In this document: positions 1 to 12,767 of the stretch, piece by piece | How positions within the stretch are numbered: the first letter of the stretch is position 1 | Layout: the number at the start of each line of letters is the position of its first letter | Assembly (NCBI GenBank): GCA_040954595.2 | Contig: CM082583.2 | Location: forward strand, 10,987,656 to 11,051,655 | Direction of reading: 5' to 3' | From: Balanoglossus misakiensis | Taxonomy: Eukaryota; Animalia; Hemichordata | DNA: 64,000 nt | Translations under genes and position numbers: made by a program | The notes under the pieces: model-generated | The model's database searches: none | The model's input: the letters and a program-made list of their open reading frames with translations, nothing else | Told to the model about the DNA's origin: nothing

Positions 1-2119
1 TCGGGTTATCGGCGCTGATGTGTGGCGCTATCATCGGTAACTGGATTGATGCAAACCCAAGACTTAGAGGTAAGATGGAAACTACATGTAGTTTTGAATT
101 CATGTTTGCTTGTACTGACCGAAGCTACATGTTGCTAGACTCAAAACATGATGGAATATAGGTATGTTTTTTTAACATTTCATTTTTGTTTGCAGTGGTA
201 AGGCTGTGCCTGCTGATCCAGAACACGTCTGTCATCGTATGCGCATGTTTGCTTGGCGTTCTGATCGTTTTCCAGTCGGAAATCCGAGCGATGTGGGGCG
301 GTGGTCTGGCTACCATTCTACAGGCCGCCATCATCACGTTCGGGGCCATTGCTAATCTGGCGAGCATTGGGAACAAGATTTCAATACAGAAGGACTGGGT
401 GGTTGTGGTTGCTGGGACCAACAAAGAAAAGCTAGCCAGTAAGTCAGTGGGTTATCAAAGTGTTTGAAAATGTATACACATGCATGCATTTGAGTTTTCA
501 TGCAAAATTGCATCTTTGTGACTTCATCAGTGCTTGCTGTCTCTTCCATCAGATCTGAATGCAGTGATTCGCCGCATTGACCTGGCCATCAACATAGTGG
601 CCCCAATTGTAGTCGGTCAGATAATGACCTTCGTGTCCATGCTGGCTGGGGCCATTTTCATTGCATCCTGGAATATTGTGTCAGGATTTGTGGAATACTA
701 CCTTTTACTGGCAGTCTATAAGCAAGTGCCAGCTCTGGCAATCAAGAAGGATGACACATTCAGTGGTAAGTACATGATGGTATACTTTGGATGTGTTCTT
801 TGATGGTATCATGCCCAGGACTTCTGTTAGTTATTAATGTATATACTCATTGCCTTCACACAGATAATGCTGATGAAATAGATGGTAGAGATTGCGAATT
901 TGAAGAAATAAACCTTGATGACAAGACAGAGAAAGAGAAAGATGAGAATAGGGATAAGGGAGATGAGGAGACATATAACAAAGATGTGGAGAGTAAAGAT
1001 GAAGGAAACAAAGATGTGGAAGAAGAAAAGAAGACCAAGAAAACACCCCTGGTTCGTCAAATGTTTGGAGTTGTCCTAAATTTGGTGAATGGTTGGAAAG
1101 TGTACATGAGTTACCAAGTGTCATTTGCAGGTCTTGGTCTTGCTTTCCTTTATATGACTGTGCTGGGATTTGATTCCATAACCAATGGATATGCGTACTC
1201 CCAAGGAGTGCAGGAATGGCTGATTGGCGTGTTCCGTGGTGCCGGATCGATTTTCGGCATCCTGGGGACACTGCTGTTTCCCTTCCTGCGGAGGAAGATC
1301 GGATTGGAAAGGACTGGTCTGTGGGCGATTACAGAGCAGATGTCCTGTCTGGTGCTCTGCGTGGCCTGCATCTGGGTTCCCGGGAGCCCCTTCTTGAAGT
1401 TTGATCCCCAAGTGGATCAGAATGGTACCATGACAACAGTAGCCATGCCAACAGGTGCTGCCACTGTGCATGCCAACACTACTAGTGTTGTACCAGGCTC
1501 TGTTACATCAACAGAGTTGGCCTACATACACAGTGCACTCCATGAGAACGTCACTGCGCCCACCTTGACTCATGTTGTGCAAAAGATGAACAATGACACC
1601 TCTGACGTTGTCATTCTGTACAAGGAGTCAAACTCTTACATGTCCATAGCACTGTTCTTTACTGGCATTGTGTGTGCCAGACTTGGTAAGTCTCAAACTC
1701 AATCTCAAACTTTTGCAGTAATGTACATTACAAAATGTCACTTTTCATGATTTTTTCCTGCATAATTTGTAATTTATTTTCTGTGTTCGTTCTTAGGTCT
1801 GTGGATGTTTGACCTCTCAGTGACCCAGCTCTTGCAAGAGAACGTCAAGGAGACACAACGAGGTGTTGTCAGTGGCGTGCAGAGTTCTCTGAACAACCTC
1901 ATGAACATGCTCCACTTTGTGTTAGTCATCATCGCTCCGAAGCCAGAGACGTTTGGATTCCTCATCATGGTGTCGTTTTTGTTCGTCTCTACGGGAGCGA
2001 TCTTATATGCTGTGTATTGCTTCAAAGTTAGAGGGCACATCTTACCCTTGCATCACCTGAAGACATGTGGGAAGACACAGCTGCCAAAGGAAATTGCCAA
2101 GGGCGATGTTCTCGCCTAA
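1..2119 (+). CDS. SLC40A1: Ferroportin (solute carrier family 40 member 1), 5'-partial; exons <1..69, 196..438, 553..765, 864..1685, 1797..2119
   Basis: The spliced frame is continuous through GT-AG introns. It encodes ferroportin motifs GAIIGNWIDANPRLR, IANLAS..IQKDWVVVVAG, LNAVIRRID, GLAFLYMTVLGFDSITNGYAYSQG, ARLGLWMFDLSVTQLLQENV and GVQSSLNNLMNMLHF. Stop TAA at 2117-2119. Confidence 0.96.
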
Positions 2120-2488
2120 TTGAATGGTCAAAGGTGACCTGTTGACCCCATTTTCTGTCTCCTTTACCACCGATTTTCAATTTTAAAATCGTATTTAATA
2201 TATAAAATATAAAAAATATACTTTCTGTATATTTTTATGTAATTTAAAGGGCTATAAAAGTGAACTTCTTTGGTGCAGCTGATTTTATGTTAAAAATGGG
2301 ATTAGGGTTAGGGTTTATGGCAACTGACAGTTTTATTAATATATTATGGCAATTTACACATAAATGTATGCTGCAAAATTATCAGAGAACAATTGGGTCC
2401 ATCCAACTTGTACAAAACACCGTCAATGTAATCAGCCTTTTAGTCCAAAGAAATAGCTTTCAATTGAATTTGTAAGTGCTGATCAATT

Positions 2489-5237
2489 TTATTCTTTGAC
2501 CTTGATTATGACCTTGATAGCACCCCCAGCGCCTGTCTTGGCTGTTTCGAAGGCATCCAACGTCTTAGACATTGGGAATCGGTGTGTCACCAGTGGCTTG
2601 ACATCAACCTTTCCAGATGCTATCATGGCCAGCGCAGTAGGATAGCTGTGTGATGAGGAGAAAAGTGATCAGTTAAAAATTTGTATCTGAACAGTTTATG
2701 CCTGAATTATTATCAGTTTACTGGCCCTAATAATTTTCATTTCATAGGCGCCATCAACCACACTTCAAAGATACGTGTCCAAACTCGATACCTATAATTG
2801 ACAACATGGAACTCACCAATTAGCATATCTGAATATTCCTCTGATATCCACTTCCCTGACTGCAGCGTTGACCACCGGCAAAGTCACCTCAGCTGGGCCA
2901 AGTCCAACCAGCACAAGAACACCACCAGATTTGGTTGCCTGGACATTTATAAATGTACATGCAAAGTTAGTTTGCTGCATGCTTGACATATTAATTACAT
3001 TTGCTTGACGCCTAGCATGCTATAACCAGGTGGATCTAAACATAATATGCAAACATAATAGTTTGGCTCAAATACTCCAAGCTCTCTGAAAATGTGTACA
3101 TGACTACTCACATAGATGCCAGTCTGAATGCTAGAGGGCGCTCCACTGCATTCTATGGTGACGTCTGGCATAGCGCCCAAGGCAGATTCTATCTTCTTTG
3201 CCATCTCTCGACCATCTCTGGTATCAGCCAATATTGGATATTCAGCCCCCATTTGCTTGGCAACATTCAAACGTCCTTGGTCGATGTCTACAGGCAACAT
3301 AATGAGCAAACAGTCGGTCAACATGAAGCAAATGTATTCAGTCTTTCTACAGATTGTACTCGAGTTTTTCTCCTTCATTGTTGTGGATTCTCAGCTTTAA
3401 AACATATGTCACATTTTAACTCTTAATTCTCTTCCTTTGAGACAACTCATTACCTGTAATGGCAACTTCAGCAGCTCCCATTGCTTTGGCTGTTAGGAGA
3501 TTGACCAAACCAATTGGTCCTGCAGAAAAAAGAGGGGAGTCATGTCAAAAAATACACTACAATTTGAAAATGAATGCGCACAATAATAACTCTATATAAT
3601 TGCATCAAATTTTGAATGAATTTGTTAATACCTGCGCCACATATCAGAACTTTGCTGCCCAGAGTAACTCCAGCTCGACGACATGCATGGACACCAACTG
3701 ACAATGGTTCCAGTAAGGCACCCTCCTCTAGCGTCACATGGTCTGGAAGTCTACATGAGGAGGAAATGCAAAGATATTGCATACTCGTATATGTATACAT
3801 GTAAATGTCATTGGAGTCTTTTTATCCACTGTTCTATTTACCAGATAAAACACAAATGTCTCTAATGATCGAACCCGTTATTGTGCTATGTAGAAAAAAT
3901 GGGAAGGGGATATCAATTCAACCCTCACTTTTCTAGCAACACTCACTTGTAGCAGAAGTCGGCTGCATGACAATAATAGCTTGCCAAATTCCCATGTACT
4001 GGTGGAGTGGCACAGAACTGTATGTCTGCACACAGATTGTATCTGCCACCTTTGCAGAAGTCGCACATCCTGCATGGAACACCAGGCTCTATGGCAACAC
4101 GGTCGCCTAAAACAATGCAATAGACCCAAGGGTGGGTTAGTGGCTTGAGAGGGATGGCATGTCATTTGTACTGGTGAGAAACGTTACGTCCTTTCAAGTT
4201 CTTTCAGCCCACACCACTCTCCTCAGAAAATGATTAATTTAATTCATTCAAACAGATCTCACCAATTTTCAAATGAGTGACCCCTTCACCTAACGCTGCA
4301 ACAATGCCACTGGCCTCATGTCCGAGGATCATTGGAGCCTTGACGATGAAATCACCGATCTCTCCGTGTGTCCAGTAGTGGACATCAGATCCGCATATAC
4401 CGACCGAGTCCATCGCTATCATCACCTCTAAATCATGACAAAAAAAAAAGTTTAATTGTTTAAAAGTCTTCATTGTCCGTGGGGAAACCAGTAGTGGGTG
4501 TTAGTTACCTGTAGGGTGTGGTAATTGTGCATAATACTGGCAAGTAGGACAAATTTACAAGCATGACTTTATTATATTTACTCGATGAACAAAAAGTTAT
4601 TTTGACCCCCCCCCCCCCCCCCAAACAAAACTCACCATTTTTTCCAGGGCTTGGAATATCTGTATCTTCCTGTAGGATTAGAACAGGGCAATTACACGTT
4701 AGATATCTGAGAAAATGGGAAGATATATTTGCCTTTAATAAGAAGGATTACTATTTTGTCTATACTGACATCTCATCTATCATCCAATTGTCCTTTCTTG
4801 ATTAAATCAACAGAAACACTTAAGCATCTCTTGGCACTTTTCATTGAAATCTATTATTTTATTAAATACATACTGCTTTGGTTCCCACCAATAGAACAAT
4901 ATGTGGTGTGTTTGTGTGCCCTAGAAAATCCACTTGTCCTTGCCTAGCCACGCCCCCTTTTGACTGAACTTCGAGCTGACCAGCTGATCCACTCAGCTTC
5001 GATGATCACACCATGACACAGCTATTTACAAAACTCTCGCTGTGTATTGTAAGAAAATCTATCAGGGATATCGCCCCAAATACTAGTACGATCACAGTGT
5101 AATGAACAACAACAAAAAACGTCCTTGTAATTGAAGTTCTCAATAACATCACTGCTTCCTACCCCTGGCTAACCACTTACCAGTCGAAGGTCACCCTTCT
5201 CGCGAAGAACAGCAGCGATATTTTTCTTGGCAGACAT
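2489..5237 (-). CDS. SORD: Sorbitol dehydrogenase (zinc MDR family), complete, 351 aa; exons 5237..5181, 4669..4636, 4427..4263, 4106..3947, 3750..3632, 3519..3454, 3287..3112, 2938..2817, 2645..2489
   Basis: Nine exons (57, 34, 165, 160, 119, 66, 176, 122, 157 nt; 1056 nt total) splice in frame. Motifs: [47 protein letters not shown] (Rossmann fold), [21 protein letters not shown]. Confidence 0.97.
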
Positions 5238-5476
5238 GTTCAAAATTAGAGATGCGCGAAGCAAACCAAGTTGTAGTAGCAGACGATTCGAGCGTTTAAG
5301 GTCAACGTAAGAGTTGAAATGTCAGAGGATCCGAAACGTACAGAACCTCCGATCGCAATTTACATCGTCAGCTGTTTGAACGTGCACACGACACACTAAT
5401 CCAAAAGCGTTTGTCATACCCGCCGTTGGTGGCGAAATTTCTCAGGTATATTCTGTCGTCTGCATGCTACTTTCTG

Positions 5477-5633
5477 ATTGGCCAACATTTCCACACAACC
5501 GAAACAGGTAGACCACAGCACTTGTGATTGGTCAATTACGTTCTGCACTCTTGGAACAGGTGTGGCAACGTAGACGCTCCAGAAAATTTCGTTGACCCGG
5601 GCTTTGACCCCATAAAATTTGTCCGTGACGTCA
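5477..5633 (-). promoter_or_regulatory. Probable SORD proximal promoter elements: two CCAAT boxes and a palindromic CRE
   Basis: ATTGG at 5477-5481 and 5527-5531 reads CCAAT on the SORD strand. TGACGTCA at 5626-5633. All lie 240-400 bp upstream of the SORD ATG in CpG-rich DNA. Confidence 0.4.
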
Positions 5634-8600
5634 TTGTGAAAAAAACATCACTTTTTAAGCCTGATGCACAACTTCGAGGGTTAGCCCTCCCTTTGCTGGT
5701 ACCATTTCTACCGTGAGGGTGGGTGTAATGCATTATATAAACCTGCATGCTAAAATGCATTATTGCATAGTAGTTTATTTGCACACCTACACCCCTCAGG
5801 AAAAAAATGAAATCGCCCGGTTCTGGATTCTGTGCTTTCAAGCCTCGGGCTGCAATTTGAGTCCAAGCCCATTCACTAACACGCCATCCAGAAAATTAAT
5901 TTTCTTAACTCGGTCACCGATTTTATTGCACTTTCGACAGACTCGTCACACTCGCGCTCTGTGGAAACACACAAAAAAATACACGCAAAGCGGTCGAAGT
6001 TATCGACTCGCTGTAATTTTAATTTTCTGTTTGTAAAAACCGTAGTGGGTACACGTAGACATCTATCGACGATCACCTGTGTTAGGAATGTACATCAAAG
6101 TGAACGAACATCAATTATTGGGCGTCATTCGGAGGTTTGGTGTTCAATTTTGACTCGAGTTGTATATTGACTCTCAGTATCGACCGCTACTCGCATTGTT
6201 TGCACATTTCATTCCCTTTTTGATTTGGATAGGAGGAGATTCATCTCGTTACAACCGAGTTCGTTCACCGAGCAACATTGGCGCGGATACTTATTCACTT
6301 TGAATTACGCCTAGAGGCACTATGAATAATTAGTTATTAATTTGTGAAATTGGTGTAATATTTTCTGCGTGTCATTGCGGTGATAGTGTCTTTTGATCCG
6401 TCATCCGTTTGACTGTTACGTGACGGTAGAAATAAACAACCCAGCACGCCCCAAGCGTTGCGAATATCGGGCCCTCATGAAATCGACTGTGCCAAACCAT
6501 TAAAACATTTTACCGCTGCAGATTAGTTAGTTCAAATCCTACATGACCCACGTGTACTGTTTCATCACAGCCTCAGCGTCGATACGGTGATGTCTGATTG
6601 CACTTTACCAGAAATCATATTTTGCAGCTAGGTCGTTGTGATTCATCAAAGAGATAATTGATTCCAAAATATTCCGCAGTAATCAAATTAGTACATTTGG
6701 CTTTTTAGAATATCGGTGAACAAACCCAATACTACTCTCGTTTAGTGCGGTTCATTTGCTGATGTATTATGTAAAATAGATAGACTTCCAAAAGCTTGAA
6801 GTTTGTCATATCACTAAGTAGGTTGCTCATTAGCTTAACATAATAATTCGATCGTAAGCGTCCATTTCTGTCGGTGTTGATTTCAAAGTCAATATTGGCG
6901 GTGAGCTTTCGCATGATTTCCCAGAATTCACTGCGGGCATCGACGATCTCAGTAGACTACTGGGAGATGCTTTCATGCAATCCCGAAGTTCGCGCTTGTT
7001 TACCGACGCTTGCTTGACAACACGCGGATGAGAGAGAATTTACTGATGACATTATTTATTCGGAATTTGTGGTAATCTGTTTCCAGTTTTCAACAGTTGC
7101 TTCAGCTGAACAGTTATACAGGATAGCGCTGGTCTACGAAGACCTGTTTTCTGTTTTCAATTTCGGATGACTAAAAGGAAAAGAATGGAAATGGTTTTCT
7201 GAATGGGACTTTCCCGTAAACACGCACCACTTCATCAGCTGTTGAGATCTACTATGGAAATAACGCGATACTGAAATTACCGACTTCATCTACTCCTTTC
7301 GGAATCAAGGGTAGCTTTCTTATAAACGTTGTCCAAACCAACCTACATGTTAGGTAAGTGCTATAACATTTATGCACATCATGGTCGCAATTATTGCTTA
7401 GGAAATGGACTGTTTTAAAACCTTTTTCCTAGAAAATTGCTTTTTCGCTAACTCTGTCCAAAATGACGGAAAATCTACACCGACATTAGTGGGGTATCCG
7501 GGGTGATCGGTTCTGTGAAGGAAAATCAACATGCACAGACGATGGTGTACTTGTATTATCTTACATGATTTTGCATTTATCGCTGTTTTATTCGCCACTG
7601 TTTGCCAAGTCATTCATAGCGAAGCAGCCATTCCTCGCGTGCTTTTTGCGAAGAAAATGTCCCCAGGAATTTCCGAGCGTTGCGTTTCGTGCCTGGAATG
7701 TGACGAAGTACACAACCCCTTCCACAGTCAGTGAAACAGTTGATGATTCCAATCTGACAGCGTCACTTTCGTGGCCTTGGTGTTGCGATGTAGAGTACGC
7801 CTGTTACGCGAACCGGTGAATACTGTCGACATGGTCAGGGGACATGTCCTCGGGAGTTCGCTGGCTCTCTTTATTTAAAAAAATCTAATTGAGTTGCAGT
7901 GTGTAGAAACACGGACCGATCGCGCGTCCTTGGGTATAGGGTTCTGCAGCATAAAATCGATACGAGTGTCGGGTAACTGCAGAAATTTCATAACTTAAAG
8001 TCATATGATACCGGCAATCTTACGGTCGAGATATGCGGTCTAAAGCATGCGAAGACGACACCAATATCGCCAACTTGATAATTGCACGCGTTCGCCTGAT
8101 CGCCCATCTTCACAACCCACTTGTTGTCTTTATCTAATCACATGATGACAGCCTATGACGTAAACACGCAAAAACCCACGTACTGCCAATCCCCAGGTAG
8201 ATACCGTGGTAGGCTGTTACAGTAGTGTTGATTGGTGGAATTCCCTCTCGTTTTGTAAATAATCAGATCATAATAATCAGTGGATGTACAGCAACCTTGT
8301 TTAACATTACCGCTCATCAATAATAATGCCCGGAGTTTACACGCGTTATGTTCTCCATGTGTTAGTCAATGTTATTTTCCCATTAACTACAGCAAATATG
8401 TCAAACGATACGATCTTTGTGACCAGTCACGACCGCCACCGCCGACATATTTGTGCCCTCAGTGCTCAGCTTTTCAAGTTTAATCAACTCCAATAACTGT
8501 TAATTACCAGTACTTGGGTCGTAACTATCTTAATATGTATTGTCTGTTAGTTCCCGTCTGACACGCGAAACGAGGACTGGGTCGTCAGAAATCACTCCGA

Positions 8601-11547
8601 TATCGTGAACTCTGCTATCGGGTTCACCCAATTGTTCCACGGGAGCAGCCGACCCGACCGACCCCGGAGAATTTCAGCAGCCGTCTTGACGTTAAACAGA
8701 CGGGTAGCTATGCAAAGTTTGTCAGTAAAGATCTCTGATGGCTTTTCACTGCACGGTGCAGCGATTCATCAACATCAGCTGCAAGACTGAGGATGAAAGA
8801 ACGACCCACACTTGCAGTAGTTCAGAATCGTTTGCACAGTTGCTTAATGAGAACCGTTCTCGCTGAAATACATCTCCCCATTCATCTTCCAACTTTTATT
8901 TGCCCGAACGCAGCCACCCAGTGTCAAAGGTCCAGATTCGGTGGCATCACAATATTTTAACGATAAACATATCAGATGCAGGGGTTAATGTGACGAGTAA
9001 TTTGATACAGTGGTGAAGTTAACTGATGGTTTGTAAATGGTGAATAATGGGAACAGTTTTCATACGGCTGTACTCGAGGCTCCATGAGCATGCGACACTA
9101 TTGCATTTCAACCCTTTCATAATATGATCAGAGTTAGGTATTCTCAGTTTTCTGAAGGATCCTTACGTTTGTGGAATCACGGCTGACTCGCTGAAAGGGA
9201 GTCGCCTGTACTGTTCATGTACGACTTTTCTGTTTACAAACACACCTGTTCATCAGTATTGCTTCACTCATTAGGCAGACCCTGCCAACAAATATTACAT
9301 GTATATCAAATCAAATTGGAAATGTGATAAAAAGTATAACCAGGCATTGTCTGCTATGATATGATGTACAGTGAGTGATACAACCTAACAACCACGTTGC
9401 TAATTACCCAGATTGCCTCTTCTCGTCTGCGGTCCATGTATGCGTAAATTAAACACGATTGAGTGAACGACTTTCATATTGATTATTTTGTGCTGTTGCT
9501 TAATTATTAGCCGGTAACCTCTCGGTCGGAGAACTCTTTGAAACCGGGTCTGTGGCAATAGAAGGACGCGTATGGTGGCTTCCTTGTCTCATGAGAGCTA
9601 GTGTCAGAAGGTTCTTGCCCAACATGGCGTGGGCTAGAATCAGTCCCCTCTCCCCACATTAGTGAATGTGCGAAATCGCCATTACCTTTGAATGCTTTGT
9701 CGGTCTTTTGTTCGTCATTTATACCAAGTGAATACATTTCCTGTTAGATAAATCTGATAATAAATTAATTAACATCATGAAACAAGAAAACAATAACTGT
9801 CACTTAGGCTAGACAGCCAACGTTTGTGAAATGACGAAATGGAATTCGTCATAATTTTTGTCAGCGAAAATTCAGTGGTACAGAACTATCCTTGCATCAT
9901 CATCATCAGCAATCTTGCTGCATGACATTTTTTTTTAAATATCTAAGCTGATATTATAAGGTTATTTTACTTTTGACTTAATGCTCATCGATTTTGTTAA
10001 TCCTGTGGTTGAGCGTAGTTTAGAAATCATCGGCTGACACCCAGAGACTGAAACCCAATCGATACTCTATCCAACACGTTATCGGGGAATCCTCGCTGAC
10101 AAGCTGACAAAGTTTGATAGATATAAAGGAAACCAATGCAAAAGACGGGGATTAGTGTGCGCCATCTGGCTTGGTCTGGTCAGCATGTTTTGTTCAGTCG
10201 TTAAACTACATTTACGATTACAACAGTATTCTGTTCACGTTTTAGATTTGATAAGCTACCTTACTCAAACTTTGAATATTGCAATGAAAGGATGCGTGTC
10301 ATCACTATTTGTACAGTCAACACACGCTGTGAAATAACCTCGCGTTCTGTCCAAGTTTTTTTATGAATGACTAAGTCTTGGCATGTGATCCGCAGGTTTC
10401 ACAGTACATGTACTTTACATACTCATGCAGTGCAGTCATTTTTCAAAATGGCGTGTTTTTTCAGTCAGTGGTCGTCTGACCAATCACCCATGATAACGCT
10501 GCAAGTTTCCCGTTGCTAACGTGGCTGCTCAACTCACCTATGTGTGAGGAATATGCAAAATTCTGGATGTTCAGTGGTTAAGCTATGCGGAGCATCTTGT
10601 TGACCGAACAGCTGGGTTCGTGCTCTTTGCGTGTATCATACGCGTATCGTCGATGGGCTGAATGTGCTTACAGCTGTTTGAACTGTCATAACCGCGTCTT
10701 ATAACTGTATCAGACGTGTCATTTCATCTTCATAGAGTTTCTGACCATAGCTGTTCAAATGCTGTTTACGCGTGTGCCTATGTCGATGTACTTTTATAAA
10801 TGTTAGAAGAAATTAAACGAGAGAGTATCTGAATTAGGTAATAACACAGTGAAGGTATGAACTGATCTCAAAACACTGCAAATATATATAGTTAGTTCTG
10901 TGTCATCTGGTCACAAACAATTCAACCATGTTTATACCAGGGCATTAATTAATAGACAATGAACTCCCCGAAAGGCTGAGTACATTGTTCCATTATTAAG
11001 TTCAACGCAAGAAGCCCCAGCCATCGAAGCCGAAGCCTGTCATTATATTCCGAAACACGTTCGTTCCATTTAAGACTTAGCACCAAATCGGGACGGATCA
11101 ATTCAAGGGTGTTTATGCGCCCTTTACTTAAACAGCAGCCGCGTCATAAGCTTCGTTTGCAGCAACGCAGGTGGACTCCTCAGATCCCGACGGACTGCTG
11201 GGATTTGGAGCGCAAATCTGCCATCGCCATTGCCATGTCAGTGAAGTGATGTCAACGCACGACGCGAAGTGTACACTATATACGGCCATTAGAGGCGAGT
11301 TTGGACGAAACACGTTAACAGGAATTTAATAGCTTTAATGGAATGGCACATATTGACAAATCTTACGGCTGTCTAAATCGTTTGATATTTCTGGCCGAGG
11401 AGAATTTGAAGACAGTTGAAAGCATTGTCTCTCATCAGCGTCATTTCCTGACAACCTTATCTGTCACCATCATTGTGTCGTTTTCATGATCATCCCCATC
11501 CTCCCTCTCCTCTCCTACTCCTCTTTTACCTTGTACATGTACTGCTG

Positions 11548-11689
<142 letters not shown>

Positions 11690-12698
11690 TAAACCACAGT
11701 CTCCGTTCTGTCAAACATTTTACGGCAACATTGACGCGGCTCCATTCTGTCAGTCAGCTATAGAGGTAAAAGGTCACCCCCACCCTTGCAATCCGCTGTT
11801 CATCGCCACGCGCCATTTAGTGCGTAAGAGCATTTCGATTTTGGTGTCGTTACTAATTGCCCGATAAAGTGGTCTACTCCGGCGTTTGGTTGGCGCGATA
11901 ATACTCGACGTCGCTACTTAACGCGATGTGGAGATTAAAAACTCTAAACTGACCCAGGCTGTCCCCAAGGAAACATAGAACTAAAAACGGATAAAATCAG
12001 GGAAAAGGGCGAACAATCAGGTAAATTATAGATCTGCTACTTTACAATTAGCCTTTATCAGTTTTCAGTTATTTCCAAATTTAAATTTAGCAAATCGTTC
12101 TAAAGATACATTGCACTTGAAACGTTAAAAGCCTTGCGCTGTTTCCTTGAAATCCATTTTATTCAAGCCTTGTCTTTTATCCTTTCAATCGACTAGGCTA
12201 ATTGCGGTCCATGGTGTAGCTTTGATGGAGACCAACCCCGTACAAGGTCACGCGGGGTCACGGCAAAATGCGATAAACTTTCGACTAAGCTTATATCTCT
12301 CCAGCAGAGTAAGTCACAAATTCTTGAGCTCTACCTTTTGGCGTTGACACACTTTTGGGAGTCGTGTCCGTGAACTGGATATTATGATGCTCTCAGAACC
12401 ATTAGACTTCATCACACCCTTATCCCAAGTCGATGAGAGAGGGGGGAATCATCTGAAGTTGGCGTTGAACAATTTATTATGTACTGCAGACAGAAACACA
12501 GCGAGTTGTTCATTCACCACAGTTCCACTGTCATCCGGTTTCCGGGGGTGATTTATACGTAATTCTACGACACATTAATTCATTTCCGCTTACGCGCAAG
12601 AAATAGCTGCAGTATCTGGTCATGATTTATGTCATGCGCACAGAGCAAGCAAATAGCTGAGAAGCGGCGATAGAAAACGTCGTTTCACTATTAAATTC

Positions 12699-12701
<3 letters not shown>

Positions 12702-12767
<66 letters not shown>
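12702..12767. repeat. Microsatellite (CAT)22
   Basis: Directly visible perfect trinucleotide run. Confidence 0.98.

Noticed and set aside
515-545. CAGTGC as a possible iron-responsive element in the ferroportin gene
   Set aside because: It is intronic and the flanks do not pair; the 5' UTR, where an IRE would be expected, is outside the window.
7694-7713. TGGAATGTGACGAAGTACAC resembles miR-1/206
   Set aside because: Several mismatches and no complementary arm to form a precursor hairpin.
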